DNA from: Camelus ferus
Taxonomy: Eukaryota
DNA length: 64,000 bases
Assembly (NCBI RefSeq): GCF_009834535.1
Contig: NC_045697.1
Location: 27,592,001 to 27,656,000, forward strand
Direction: 5' to 3'
Positions 1 through 12,140 of the stretch are shown here, in pieces. The notes beneath the pieces are model-generated. The model did not search any database, was not told the origin of the DNA, and saw only the letters and a program-made list of their open reading frames with translations. A program made the translations under genes and the position numbers. Within the stretch, counting starts at the first letter, position 1; the number at the start of each line of letters is the position of its first letter.

Positions 1-273
1 TTCTCATAGTTCTGAAGGCAGGGAAGTGTAAGATCAAGGTACTGAAGACTTGCTGTCTAGGGAGGGCTCACTTTCTGGTTCATAGTCATCGTCTCCCTGT
101 GTCCTCACATGGTGGAAGGGGCAAGAGGGCTCTCTGGGGCTCTCTTATAAGGGCACTAATCCCATTCATGAGGGCCCCACCCTCACGACCTAATCATCCC
201 AAAGGCCCCACTTCCAAATACCATCACATTGGGTGTTAGGACTTAACAAATTTGGAGCATTTAGTCTCTAGCA
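1..273 (-). mobile_element. MaLR LTR, MLT1A-like (truncated by window start)
   Basis: Reverse complement follows the MLT1A layout: TGTGATGGTATTTGGAAGTGGGGCCTTTGGG, GGGATTAGTGCCCTTATAAGAG, CTTGATCT...CAGAACTATGAGAA. Confidence 0.85.
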
Positions 274-829
274 CAGGGCATTCTGTGTACCGGGTTATCA
301 TTTGGAAGCCAGAGCATTGCTATCCGTCTCCCAGTAAGTATAGACTACCTGGATGCTACTCTTGGTAAACTCTTAGGAAAGAGAAGTTTCATTCTCTATA
401 TTGGCCACTGCGATCTTTTGGGGGCAGCTCTGTCTTCAATATATTTTCAAGCTTATTCCCATGTATAAGCATCTTTCAACTTTACATTCCAGGTAAAAAT
501 TAAAGTAGGAGTAAAGTAAATATGTTGTTAAATACACTTTTATCCACCTTTGGAAAGTTGCTGTAAAATGTTGTCTTTTCATCTTTGCCTTTTGCTTTCA
601 GATGCTGTTTGGAAAGTATTGCTGGACTATGTCAAATTTATAATGAAACTCTATGGAGGCTCTAATGCAGCCTATGGGCATTGAAAGGAAAGATGCATCC
701 TACTCTTGAGGAAACCCTTAAGTCCCCTACACTTACGCTGTTATGTGATGCCAAGGGTCCAGCCCCACCTGACTCAGCCAGTACTTGTGTCCTTGTCTCA
801 TTCCTCTTCCAGGTTTTACTGTGTGAACT

Positions 830-960
830 CAGTGCTTCTCAAACTTCAACCTATACAGAGATCACCTGGAGGACTGGGGTAGAATGCAGAACCCAGCCTT
901 GCTCCCAAAGATTCTGATTCACTAGGTCTGGCCTGGGCCCCAGGAATCTGCATTTTAAAG
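830..960 (-). mobile_element. MER5A (hAT-Charlie) fragment
   Basis: CAGTGCTTCTCAAACTT terminus, ATCACCTGGAGG, ATTCTGATTCACTAGGTCTGG and GGAATCTGCATTTT match recalled MER5A. Confidence 0.8.
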
Positions 961-2189
961 AAACACTGTAGTAATTTTTGTTACATGCTTGATCAGCCCT
1001 CATTTTCTCACTAGGTCCCTTGGAGGGGTGCATGTCTTCATCTCTCTGAATTGTGGGCTTTCTCTCTCCATCTGGGTGCTTCACTTGTGTAATATCTTGA
1101 TTGACACCACTTCTCACCCAACCTGACTCCCAGGATTCACCTGCCCTCACCTTGTCTCTGTCAGGGAGGCTGGAGAGAGCCTGGGGAAGAGAAGGCCCAC
1201 ATCAGAATCTGTCCACCAGGGGAACCTCTGTGCTAGAATCACTTGCATTGCCTGTGAACATTATTTTGAATGGATTTGGAAAAAGCCTAGGCTACCATTT
1301 AGGGCCAGTTCCGGTGAACTGAGTTTATGATCAAGCGGAGGATTACTATTTAGAATTGAAAGCTATGTCTAACTATAATACATATCAGGACTGACATTCT
1401 GGCTTGAGTTATAAATGCATCTAAGGCACCAGATGGAGAGTTTCAAAAACATTCTCTGCAATGATGGTGACTGTCACAGCCAGGCTGCCCCAAAATGGAC
1501 ACACAGCTGCTTACAGCCTCCGCTTGTTTTGATTGGCTGGGCAGCCAATTTTATTGGCTGAATCTCTCTTTTAACTAGTTGGTACTTTGCTATGCCAGAA
1601 GATAACTATTTGCACTACTGGAACCAGTATATGATTTTTCTCTTGAAAGACAAAACTCTCGCAGCTGTCTCAATTCTGAATGTTTTTTTAAAAAAATCCA
1701 ATCTTGTGAATTAGCAGTCACACTTTGTAAATCATAATGATCATATGGCTCACATTCTAAGTGAAGGGCTGCACTAAGCCAGGTTATTATTTGTCCTATA
1801 ATATTTATTCCAGGCATTAAGTCATTATGAGCTAAGTGCCTGAGAAGCTCCATGCTGCTGTGCCCACTGTTACAGACGTTGCCTTCCAAACAGTGCATAA
1901 GGCCAATGATTAGCCCCCCAAACACTCCAGCAAAAAGATGCCTTTAACTTGCTTGGCCACATCCTTGGCTTGTTTTCCTACAGATGGTACTCTGCTGATT
2001 CATTTCCTGATGGGACACTCAAATCGATTGTTTTATTCTTTCGAAGAATGTTACAAATTGCACAGTTGGCTTAGGGTTGGGTGATGAGTGGGTGGGCTGG
2101 GGTTTACAGTTGAGAAAGATCACTTTAACTTACAATAAGACACGTGAGACTTAGGTTCACTGACTAGGCTGAGATAGTATTTATAAATA

Positions 2190-2497
2190 CTGTCAGACCC
2201 CTGTATCCATGGGTTCCGCATTCTCAGATTCAACGAGTATCAGAAATATTTGAAAAAAAAGTACAGAAAGTTCCAAAAAGCAAAACTTGACTTTGCCATG
2301 CACCTGCAACTATTTACATAACATTTACATTTTATTAGGTATTGTAAGTAATCTAGGTAAGATTTAAAATATACAGGAGAATATGAGTAGGTTATATGCA
2401 AACACTACACCATTTTATATAGGGACTTGAGCATTTGTGATTTTGGTATTTGTGAAAGTCCTGGAAGCAATCCCCCACGGATACAAAGGGGAGACTG
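2190..2497 (-). mobile_element. MER2/MER2B (TcMar-Tigger) element, near full length
   Basis: Termini CTGTCAGACCCCTGTATCCATGGGTT and AATCCCCCACGGATACAAAGGGGAGACTG, TA on both flanks, internal GGGACTTGAGCAT. Confidence 0.85.
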
Positions 2498-2654
2498 TAA
2501 TTATGTCTGTGTGTGTGTGTTTGTACATAGCTACATTCGTTTTTAACCATATACAGAATTTAAATGAAATATACAAATAATTATACACATGGTAATGCAA
2601 AAGTCACTGCACCATTTAAAAATTGTTTAAACTCCAACTTGGGCAGCAGGCAGA

Positions 2655-3860
2655 GTGGTCAATTCTCAGTCCTCGTCTCACCTGACATATCAGTGGAACA
2701 GCTGACAAAACTGCCTCCTTCCTTCATTTTGCTTCTGGAATGTCACATTGGACGGGTTTTCCTGCAGCTCCCTGACTGCACCATCTGTTAGTCACCTTTG
2801 CTTATTCCTCCTCTTCTGCCCGACCTCTTAGCATTGGGGCGATTAGGATTTCCTCTCGGACCTCATTGCTAGCTATAGTCGCTCCCCCACATTCCAGACA
2901 TGTATATCCCATTACCCAGTCAGCGTTTCCACTTGCATGGCTAACAGACATCTCAAACTAAATTTGTCCAAGACAGAACTCTTAATTTACACTCCCCCTC
3001 CCAATCTACTGTTTTTCTCATCTTAGTAAAAGGCAACTCCATTATTCTCTATGCTCAGGCCAAAACCTCAAACTCCTAACTGATTACTCTTCTTCTTTTA
3101 TACTCCACTTTGAATTTATCAGCAAATCCCATTGGCTCTTCCTTTGAAGTGTAATCTGCCAACCTCACAATATCCATCATCTTCCTGGTCCAGGCCTCCA
3201 TAATCTACTTTGTTATTGCCAGACTCCCTGTCTCTTGTTTCCCCTTAGTCTTTTCTCAGCACAAGAACCAGAGTGATCCTGTTAATACTTAATTCCAATC
3301 ATGTCAGTTTTTGCTCAAGATCCTCCAACGATTTCCCAAATCTCTTGGCACAAAAGCCAAAGTCCCTTCAATTGCTTATAAAGCTCTATCGTTCCTCCAC
3401 CATCTCTAACCTCATTACCAATACTCAAGTTTGTTCACTCTGCTCCAGACCCACAGCCTCCTCTGCCATTCTCCCAACATCCCAAAGATGCTGCCACCCC
3501 AATGTCTTTGGGTGTTCTGTCTCTTTGTCCTGGAAAGCTCTTCTTCCATATATCACTCCCTCTCTGCCTTCAGATCTTTGACCAAATGTCACAGTCTCAA
3601 TGAAATTCTCCCTGACCATCCTATTCAAAGTACAGTCCTCCACCCCACCCCTTGTGATCTCAGTCCCCCTACCCTGCTTTGATTTCCTTATCACCAACTG
3701 AATACAGTTTGTTTATTTATTTGATGGTTGTCTGTCTCCCCACATTTGGAATTAAGATTCATAAGAGTAGAGTTTTTGGTAGGCTTTGGAAAGTAGTATT
3801 TATTTTTTTACCCTCAAGAACAATGTACATGGTAGATACTCAATAACTCTTTGTCGAAAA
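2655..3860 (+). mobile_element. LINE2 (L2) 3' portion
   Basis: Pyrimidine-rich L2 motifs (ACATCTCAAACTAAATTTGTCCAAGACAGAACTC, GCTCAGGCCAAAACCT) ending in CATGGTAGATACTCAATAA. Confidence 0.8.
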
Positions 3861-3917
3861 AAGTAATGGTATATATCACAATTAAAATATATAAGCACGT
3901 GACTTAAAGATACATAC

Positions 3918-4442
3918 TGTGGCAGCCAGTCTCAAGATGTGCCCCAATGATTCCTACCTCGTGCCCTTGTGTAGTCTCCCTCCCACACTCTATCAGAGTT
4001 AGTCTGTGTGACCAATAGAATATGTGATAGTGTGTACCTTCTGAGACTAGATTATACAAAATAGTTTCCACCTTGCTATCTTGGATCACTGACCCTGGGG
4101 TTAACCTGTGCCAATATCATGAGAACACTCAGCTGCCCTACGAAGTGGGTCACATGGCAAATAACTAAGACCTCCATCCAACAGCCAACACTATTTTGCC
4201 AGCCATGTGAGTGAGTCATCTTGGAAGTGGATTCTCCAATCCCAGTCAAGCCTTTAAATGGCTGCAGCCCTGGCCAACATTTTGACCACAATCTCATGGG
4301 AGATCCCAAGCCAGAACTACTCAGCTAAGCGATTCCTGAATTCCTGCAAAGACTGTGTAAGATTTTTTTAAATGAACATTTATTGTTGCTTTAAGCCACT
4401 AATCTTAGGGTAATCTGTTATGCAGGAATAGTAACTAATACA
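3918..4442 (+). mobile_element. MaLR LTR, MLT1F-like
   Basis: TG...CA termini; CCATGTGAGTGAGTCATCTTGGAAGTGGATTCTCC; 3' end TTTAAGCCACTAATCTTAGGGTAATCTGTTATGCAG...AACTAATACA. Confidence 0.8.
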
Positions 4443-5690
4443 GATTTTTCTACCTAGAAGTAGGACACTGCTATAACAAAAATTTAAAATGTGGGAGAAG
4501 CTTTTAATTAAACAGTGGGTAGAACCCAGGAAGATTTTGAGGCAAGTGTTAAGTGAAGGTCTAAAGCATTTTGAACAGACTGTTAGCAGAAGCCAGATGG
4601 TCTTTGGGGAGGTGCCTGGTGAGAGCTTAAGGGAAAGTGAGGAAAATGTTAATGGACACCAGAGAACAGGGAGTCCTTACTATGTAGTGGCAGAAAGTTT
4701 AGCAGTGTTATGTGATAACATGGAAGAAGAAAATGTACCTAATGAACTGAGGGATCTAAGTAAGGAGATTTCCAGGAAGATTATTAAAAGTGCTTCCTGA
4801 TCTCGTCTTGCTGTAAAATACAAGAGATGACAAATAAGCTAAAAGGAGAACTATAAATTAAAAGGCAGCCAGGAAATTTGGGATTTGAACATTTCCATCC
4901 TGTCTACATTTCAAATGATGCCAAAATTTAGAAATGGCTTTTGGGCAAAGATCAAATCCAAGACCTCTCAGGAAAGCATAAAATAAAGATCACCAGGCCA
5001 TGTGTGTGACTGTAAAATCCTTGGTAAGGCCTAGAAAGATCTAAGGCAGTGCCTTAGAGAACTGCTGGGTCAAACAACACGGTTATTAATGAGCTTAAGG
5101 GTGATGTCTCTGAGTAGTCTCAGCAGAAGTTCAGGATATAAAAGAGCTTATCTCAAAGAGTTTTGTGGGTATGGTTTTTGACTAATGTAGTGACTATTAA
5201 TAATATTTATAGGTGATCCACAATGTTTTAAGAGAACAGTATTAGCAAAACCATCTCAGCCTGGACAGAGAGAGACAAAGATAATACAAAATGGACCTTT
5301 GGACCCCGAACTTTATAGGCAAGAAGAAGTCTGAGAAAGCTATTGAGCAGTAAACATCTTATGGGAAGTGAAGTATGCCTCAGAGGGCAAAACCATGAGC
5401 CAGAGGGTGAAGTCAGCAGCTATAGAGAATTACTACCAAAACTCAACTCCCAGTCAAGGAATTACCAACAAATGCCCTGCTGAATTTAAGAATATCCATG
5501 GACTAGTGACTCTAGTGTGTTTCTCCTCCTGAGGTGGTTTTCCTCTGCCTATGCTATCATTATATATTGGATTTGTTAGAGGTAGGGGAGCAGATAACTT
5601 CACATGTCTTCAAATCAAGAGAAAGTCTTCTCAAGGAATTGTACTTGAAGAGCCTCATGTACACATGAACCTAATTTAGATGATGAGCGA
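4443..5690 (+). mobile_element. MLT1 internal sequence with degenerate MaLR ORF remnant (4489-4800)
   Basis: Begins directly after the LTR; translation GSPYYVVAESLAVLC...NELRDLSKEISRK resembles recalled MaLR-int ORF motifs. Confidence 0.75.
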
Positions 5691-5711
5691 GTGAGAGAAA
5701 AGGAGAGAGAG

Positions 5712-6400
5712 AGTAACAAGTGTTGCTAAGGATATGGAGAAATTGGAACCCTCATGCATTACCAGTGGAAATGCAAAATGGTGCACCAAATCACCCATTT
5801 GGTGATTCCTCAATAAATTAAAAATAAAATTGCTATATGATCCAGCAATTCCAGTCCTAGGTATAAACCCAAAAGGATTGAAAACTACTGAAAAACAGTT
5901 ATTCAAACAAAAACTTACACACAAATATTCCTAGCAGCATTAGTTATAATAGCCAAAAGGTAGAAATAACCCAAATGTCCATTAACTGATTAACAGACAA
6001 CAGAATGTAGTATATCCATACAGTGAAGTATTATTTGACCATAAAAAGTGGTGAACTACTGATATATGCTACAACACGGATGAACCTTGAAAACATTGTG
6101 CTAAATGAGGAAAGCCAGACACAAAAAGCCATATACCAAATGATTCCCTTTACATGAAATATCTAGAATAGGGAAATCCATAGACACAGAAAACTTAGTT
6201 GTTTTTAGGGGCTGAGGGGAAGGCAGGTGATGGAGAATGACTGCTTAATGGGTAGAAGGTTTCCTATGGGATGATGAAAATACTGTTGAGCTAGATAGTA
6301 GTGGTGGTTGCAAAACACTGTGAATATACTAAATACCACTGAATTGTACACTTGAAAATGGTTAAAATGGTAAATTTTATGTTATGTAAAAACAATAAAA
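5712..6400 (+). mobile_element. L1 3' end (L1MB-like)
   Basis: GGAGAAATTGGAACCCTCATGCATT, GATCCAGCAATTCCAGTCCTAGGTATA, CCCAAATGTCCAT, ending AAAATGGTAAATTTTATGTTATG plus A-rich tail. Confidence 0.9.
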
Positions 6401-6404
6401 AATT

Positions 6405-6830
6405 TGAGTGACTTGAAACAGCAATAATATATGAATCATTCTGGGCTTTTCTTCTGTTGATTTCACTGGGCTTAGCCATGTGTCTGCATTCAACCAGAGG
6501 CTCAGAAGTTAGATGGGAAGGTCCAGCTAACCTCACTCGCATGCCTGGTGGTGCTTCCCCACGTGGCCCCTCAAACATCCATCGTCTAGACTGGTTTTTT
6601 ACACAGCAGCCTAGGGAAGCTACAAGGCTTTGTGAGGCTTTGGCTTGGAACATACACAGTATTACATCCATCACATTCTATTAGTCTAAGCAATTTGCAA
6701 GGTCAGCCCAGATTAAAGGAGGGGAAAATATATATCAGTTCTTAATTAAAAGAGTGGCAAAATCACCAGGCCCAGATGCCATGTAAAGAGAAATTGTTGC
6801 AGAAATTGCTGAGAACAATCTTCCACCAGC
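6405..6830 (-). mobile_element. Old MaLR LTR (MLT1H/I/J-like)
   Basis: CATCACATTCTATTAGTC...AAGGTCAGCCCAGATT...GGAGGGGAAA motif order typical of antisense old MLT1. Confidence 0.6.
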
Positions 6831-9187
6831 AGCCGCGATCTCATGCCCATTTTCAAAAGTATATTTTATTAGATTTTTATTTTTTGGACTAAGACAAATG
6901 ATAGACTGAAAACCAAATATCTGGATTTAATTTAGATAGCATTTGAGGAATACATTTAGGTTACATGTACCCCTTTATCTAGAGTTTGGCTTAAAGCAAT
7001 TTATATTTTGGGGATTCTGTTGGATTCGTTCTTGCCTCTGGATTCCAAAGAAACCACAGTGATACTCTACATTCTTATAACTTTAGACTGCCTTTAGGTG
7101 GGTTTCTGTATTGTAGAAATTCACACACTGTCACTATGATTATATGCATGGAGTCCTATAAAAATAAAAATAATTTCAAAAGTATCTGATTTCATATTCA
7201 GACACCATTTTCCCTTGACTTCAGAAATGGCACTGCCATGGTCATCTTTCTTTTCCAAGCCTAGTTGTCATGAATCTTGCATAAATTCCTGGAGATCCTT
7301 CAACAGTTGTTAAGTGAATGAATGAATCCAATAAATGTTTGTGGTTTGGAGTTATTTTGAATAATATCAGCAGGTTTTCAGTTTATGAAAGAGTGATCTG
7401 CTGGAGATTAGAAGGAAAATAGAATAAGGTGGAGCAAGTTGTGGGAAATGTTAGATTGAAGAGGTTTCTTCAGAGGGAGCTGCGGTGCATTTTATGTGTT
7501 TGACTTGCCAGCATGTGGAATGTTGCGATAACTAGGAAATACCTCCCCCAATTAAATGTAAATCTGAATGTACTATCTGTGAGTGACATCATTATATTTA
7601 AAGCTTCTGGGGACACAATTTGTTCAGCTTCATCTTCACAGTTCATAAGTGGTGGGGCTCTTCTGAAAGGACTCCAGGCTCAGGCTTCTAGAAGCATGGA
7701 GTGAAGTTCTAAGGAGCAGGAACAGGTAGGTCCCAGCCACAACTTTAAACCCATACTTTTAAACTTTCCCAAGTTGTCACTGCAAGGAGATGAGCTTAGT
7801 TCCAATACTTCTCTGGCAGGTACACCCCACAAAGTGCCCCTGTGATCAAATCTCAGAGTCAGGAGAGACGTGGAATGCCCCAGTGTGATAAAAACAGATC
7901 TGACTTGTAACTTTGGCTTCCCCACCTGGCAAGTGATGAGAACTGAATACAGCACTAGCTACACACTTCTCTCACTTCCTCTCTCCTCTTCAAGGAGAAC
8001 TGTGAGAATTAACAGCTAATCGGAAAGCAAAGTAACAACGGTGTGTCACAGAGGAGCCGACCTGAGTGAGATCCGTGAAATCTGGCAAAACACCAGATGG
8101 GGTCTAATTCAGTTGGACCAGATTAATGTTCAGGCAGGTCACATCTTCAGAGTCCGAGGTTGTCTAGAGTCCTTTCTGCTAAGGAATGCCAATGGCAAGG
8201 GAAATCCCTGCCTCACTATTTGCATGTAGATTTAGAAGGAAATGCAGATTTGATCATTTGGTTTCTGTGTAACTTTAGAGTCAAAATGAAACTAGAATGT
8301 GAATATGAGAGTGTGTGGAACTTCTTAGTATGAAGTTGGACTGCTGTGGCATTTAGGAAATCACACCGTATAAGAGCAGCACTCAATATTTACATTGTCC
8401 TTGCAACAAGTGACAGCAATGACCACCAATGCTCAGAGCCTAGTGTCCTGTAGAATCTAGCAACCCATTATTTGCATACAAGGGTGTATGAATGAACAAT
8501 ATTCATTGCACATTTTCTTTGTGTTTGCATTCTAGTCTTCTGTGATTGATTGCATTTACTAAAAAAAAAAAAGTATTTTCAAAGATTTGAAGTGTTGATT
8601 TTTTTTCTACAGTGGAGTTATCATACATCATTATTAAAACAAATTGAAAAAGAAGGCAGACTCTGCTACCCAAACAAAACCACTGTTCACTTGTACACAC
8701 CAGGTTCCCAACTGATTTCCACTTGACAAACCCACCAGATTAACTAACGCAGCCTCCAGTCTCTCTGTAAAGCACACATCTGTTGCCCTCAGTCAGCTTA
8801 ACACAGGCCTCAGAATGCACCTGGGCCCTTCTTCTGCCAGTTGTATTGTTTGCTTACCAGGAGTCAGTTTCTTTGTTCCCAGACACTTTTAAAAAGATTA
8901 CAATTGAAAATTTGTAATGCAATTAGAAATTCTGTAAATAATGAAAAATATAATGTAGAAAGAACAGTCTTAAGGAAGTCAAGATACTTTTTGTAAAGAC
9001 ATGATAAAGGTGAGGCATGCCAAAAAAAAAAAAAATACTGTCAGATTAAGTAACTATGAAAGGATGAAAGTAAATCCGTAAAATCTAGCAGGATTTGCCC
9101 TTAGCGTTTTTAAATTCTTCTCCACTTTAAAGAAACTGGAAAATTGTAGCTGATGCGTTAAGGGTGAATGATTGAATAGGTGAATAT

Positions 9188-9952
9188 TGTTATATTGTGA
9201 TTAATAATAATAAGTATACATTTGGTCTTCCATTTCTGGCACAGAGCTCCTAAACCCCTTGGAATTTCCTAAGTGATGTGAGTGATAAACGTGCCTTTTG
9301 TCATGTTAATGAGGCAACTTTTGGAAAGCACCTGTGTAACCTAAGGATGGGGGCTGGCTGGGAGAACCAACCAAGTGATTAGGGGGTTGAAACTTTCAGA
9401 CCCATACCCAGACCTTGGGGGAAAGAAGAGGCGTTGGAGGTTGAGTTCAAGCACCATTGCCTATGCAATGAAGCTTCCATAAAACCCAAAAGGGTTTGGA
9501 GATCTTCCTGTTGGTGAACACATAGATACTGGGGGAGAGTGGTACAGGTGAGGAGTGTATGGAAGCTCTGTGTGTTTGCTCCATAACTTGTCCTGTGCAT
9601 CTCTTCCATCTGGCTGTTCCTGAGTTACATCCTTTTACAATAAAAGGTGAGCTAGTAAGTAAAATGTTTCTCTGAGTTCTGTGAGACACTCTAACAAATT
9701 AATTAAACCCAAGGAAGGGGTTGTTGGAACCTCCAATCTATTTGTGGGGGAGGTCAGAAACACAGATAATAGCCTAAACTTGAGATTGGCATCTGAAGTG
9801 GGGGGTGTGTGGGAGGCAGCCTTGTAGGACTGAGCCCTTAACCTGTGGGATCTGATGCTCTCTCCAGGTAGTGTCAGAATTGAGTCAAATTGTAGGACAT
9901 GCAGCTGGTGTCTGAGAATGAATTGCTTGGTTATGTGGGGAAGAGCACCACA
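9188..9952 (+). mobile_element. MER21-family LTR
   Basis: Starts TGTTATATTGTGA; GCTCCTAAACCCCTTGGAATTTCC, GCATCTCTTCCATCTGGCTGTTC, AATAAA, CTGAGTTCTGTGAG, GATTGGCATCTGAAGTGGGG; followed by PBS-like motifs. Confidence 0.85.
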
Positions 9953-10104
9953 TGTTGGAATTGGTACCAGAATTGTTAGTTGGTTTCAGAATTGGAGTTG
10001 GTGATCAGAAGTGGGATCAGAATCAGAATCATACTTATAAAATGCAAAATGAGTGAAGATGTTTATCAGGAGTCATGTCCAAAGACAAAAAAAGAAACAA
10101 TAAA

Positions 10105-10365
10105 AATCATAAATACATATAGTGCTTCATATGTGCCAAGGACTGCTCTAGTCACTGGAGAACTTCTGCTCATTTTATTGTCATAAAAACTCAATGATAC
10201 ATTAAGTGCATGGCATTGTTAACCCCATTTTACAATGAGAAAACTGAGATAGAATGACTTGAAGCTCCCTACTCTAGATTATCCAACTGGTAAGTGGTAG
10301 AGCTGACATTCAAACTCAGGCAGTCTGGTCCTTAGTCCATGCCTTCACCCATGGCCGTATACTAG
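10105..10365 (-). mobile_element. MIR SINE
   Basis: Core CCCCATTTTACAATGAGAAAACTGAG and GTAAGTGGTAGAGCTG...TTCAAACTCAGGCAGTCTGG. Confidence 0.8.
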
Positions 10366-10437
10366 CCCTCAGTTCTACAGCAGAAGAGTTAAATATTTTA
10401 AATAAGAATAAAATTAAGATATGTTTGTACCATTCAC

Positions 10438-10855
10438 AATGTTTTGTTAATGGAAATATTAAATCCTGTATAAAAGTAGAGAGAAGAGTCTGATGAGCCT
10501 CCATGTACCCATCACTCAGCTTCAACAATGATCAATTCATGGCCAATCTTTTTGTATCTCTCCCTCATTCACTTCCCCCTGGCTCTTGAAATATACTAAA
10601 GGTAATCTTAGAAATCATATATTTTCATCCACAAATATTTCAGCATGCATCACTAAAAGACAAGATTTCTTTCTAAAAGTATAACTACGATGTCATCTTT
10701 ACACTTAAAAATTGAACAAAATCCATTAGTTTAATCAAATATCCAGGGGAAGGTATGGCTCAGTAGTAGAGCTCATGCTTACCATGCATGAGGTCCTGGG
10801 TTCAATCCTCAGTACCTTCACTAAAAAAAATAAAAAAATAAAAAAAAATAAAAAA

Positions 10856-10888
<33 letters not shown>

Positions 10889-11820
10889 TGATTACCTCCC
10901 CCTCAAAAAAAGAGAACCAACCAAACAAACAAAACAGAAAGAAAAAAGAAAAGAAGCCCCAAATCAATAAGATAGCTCAAAAAAAATATTAAATATCCAA
11001 GTAGTATTTTAATTTCTCTGATTGTCTCAAAATGTTTTGCAGGAGTTTTCCTCTAAATAGAATGTAAATGAAATCATTGCAATTAGTCTTTTTTAATCTC
11101 TTAAATCCCTATTCTCCTCTTTCCCCTGCAATTTGTGTATTGAAGAAATCAAGTTCTATGTCTTATAAAGTGTCCCAGTCTAGATTTTGCTAATCTTATT
11201 CCCCATGGTGTCATTTAAAACACTTCTCTGTCTCCTGCATTTCTTATAAATCAGGAGTTAAATCTAGAGGTACAATCTGATTCAGGTTTTGATTTTTTTT
11301 TTTTTTTTTTTTTTTGCCTGAATGTTTCATAGATGGTGATGTGATAATTCCACCAGGAAGCACATACTGTCTGGCTTTGTCTTCTGTCATGTTAGCATTC
11401 ATTGCCTAATCCATTATTTTATATGGGGTTAAAAATGGTGCTGATCTATTATTCCTGTCTCATTTATTATATGGAATATTTCTATTCGGAGAAATTTGCT
11501 CTCATCAACAATTTACTTACCGTAAGTTCTACAGCAAGTATCAGCAGGATAAATGCTTGATTCTTTTCCTCTGCTTACCAGTTTTCAGAATGAGTTATTT
11601 CCTAGTATCTCTAAAGGGGCCGATGAGTTTTTTTTTTTCCTCTGAGTAATTTTAAACCTATAGGTTTAAAAATATTGATGTGTTTCAGTCCACCACAGTT
11701 AATGATGCTCAGATTTATTTTCTTTAGGCGAGGAGAACCTCTTTCGTTTAGCTCATGAGTCTCTCGACAGGACCCGCCCAGTCTTTGACAACTTCCTTAT
11801 CACAAAATATTCCAGGCTCT
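10438..11820 (-). mobile_element. Old L1 3' region (L1MC-like), interrupted by a SINE at 10746-10990
   Basis: CCCATCACTCAGCTTCAACAAT, TTGAAGAAATCAAGT, TGATTCAGGTTTTGATT and GCAGGATAAATGCTTGATTCTTT resemble antisense L1MC 3' UTR. Confidence 0.7.
10746..10990 (+). mobile_element. tRNA-derived SINE, vic-1-like (camelid)
   Basis: GGGGAAGGTATGGCTCAGTAG A box, GGTTCAATCC B box (10799-10808), A-rich linker, AACCTGATTACCTCCCCC, A-rich tail; TSD AAATATCCA at 10737-10745 and 10991-10999. Confidence 0.85.
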
Positions 11821-11892
11821 CTGTTGTATATAACATTTTTAATACTATCTCTCCATATTACCCTTTTTCTGTTTTTCGTTGAACTGATCAAT

Positions 11893-12140
11893 GGCTAGGA
11901 GGCATGATTGTGAAGGCTTCCTGGATTCCTCTTCCAGCTTTGACCTTGCTTGCTATGTGGCTTGGGCAGGTTACTTCACTTTGCTCTGCCTCAGCTCCCT
12001 TATCTGTAAAATGAGAATCATAATAGTTGTGCTAACCTCAAGGTGTTGCTGTAAGGATAAACTGAGTTAATACACAGAGATCACTTAGAATGGTACCTAG
12101 CACATAGTCAAAACTCAGTAAATAGTGGTTATTATCATAG
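11893..12140 (+). mobile_element. MIR SINE
   Basis: TTGGGCAGGTTACTT...GCCTCAGCTCCCTTATCTGTAAAATGAGAATCATAATAG...CTTAGAATGGTACCTAGCACATAGT. Confidence 0.85.

Noticed and set aside
9961..10030. CRISPR-like repeat-spacer pattern
   Set aside because: Mammalian DNA, degenerate contiguous units with no spacers and no cas genes; better explained as PBS reiteration.
10746..10820. tRNA-Ala-like gene
   Set aside because: It has an A-rich tail and TSDs, and a second diverged copy sits at 14.7 kb, so it is a SINE head rather than a tRNA gene.
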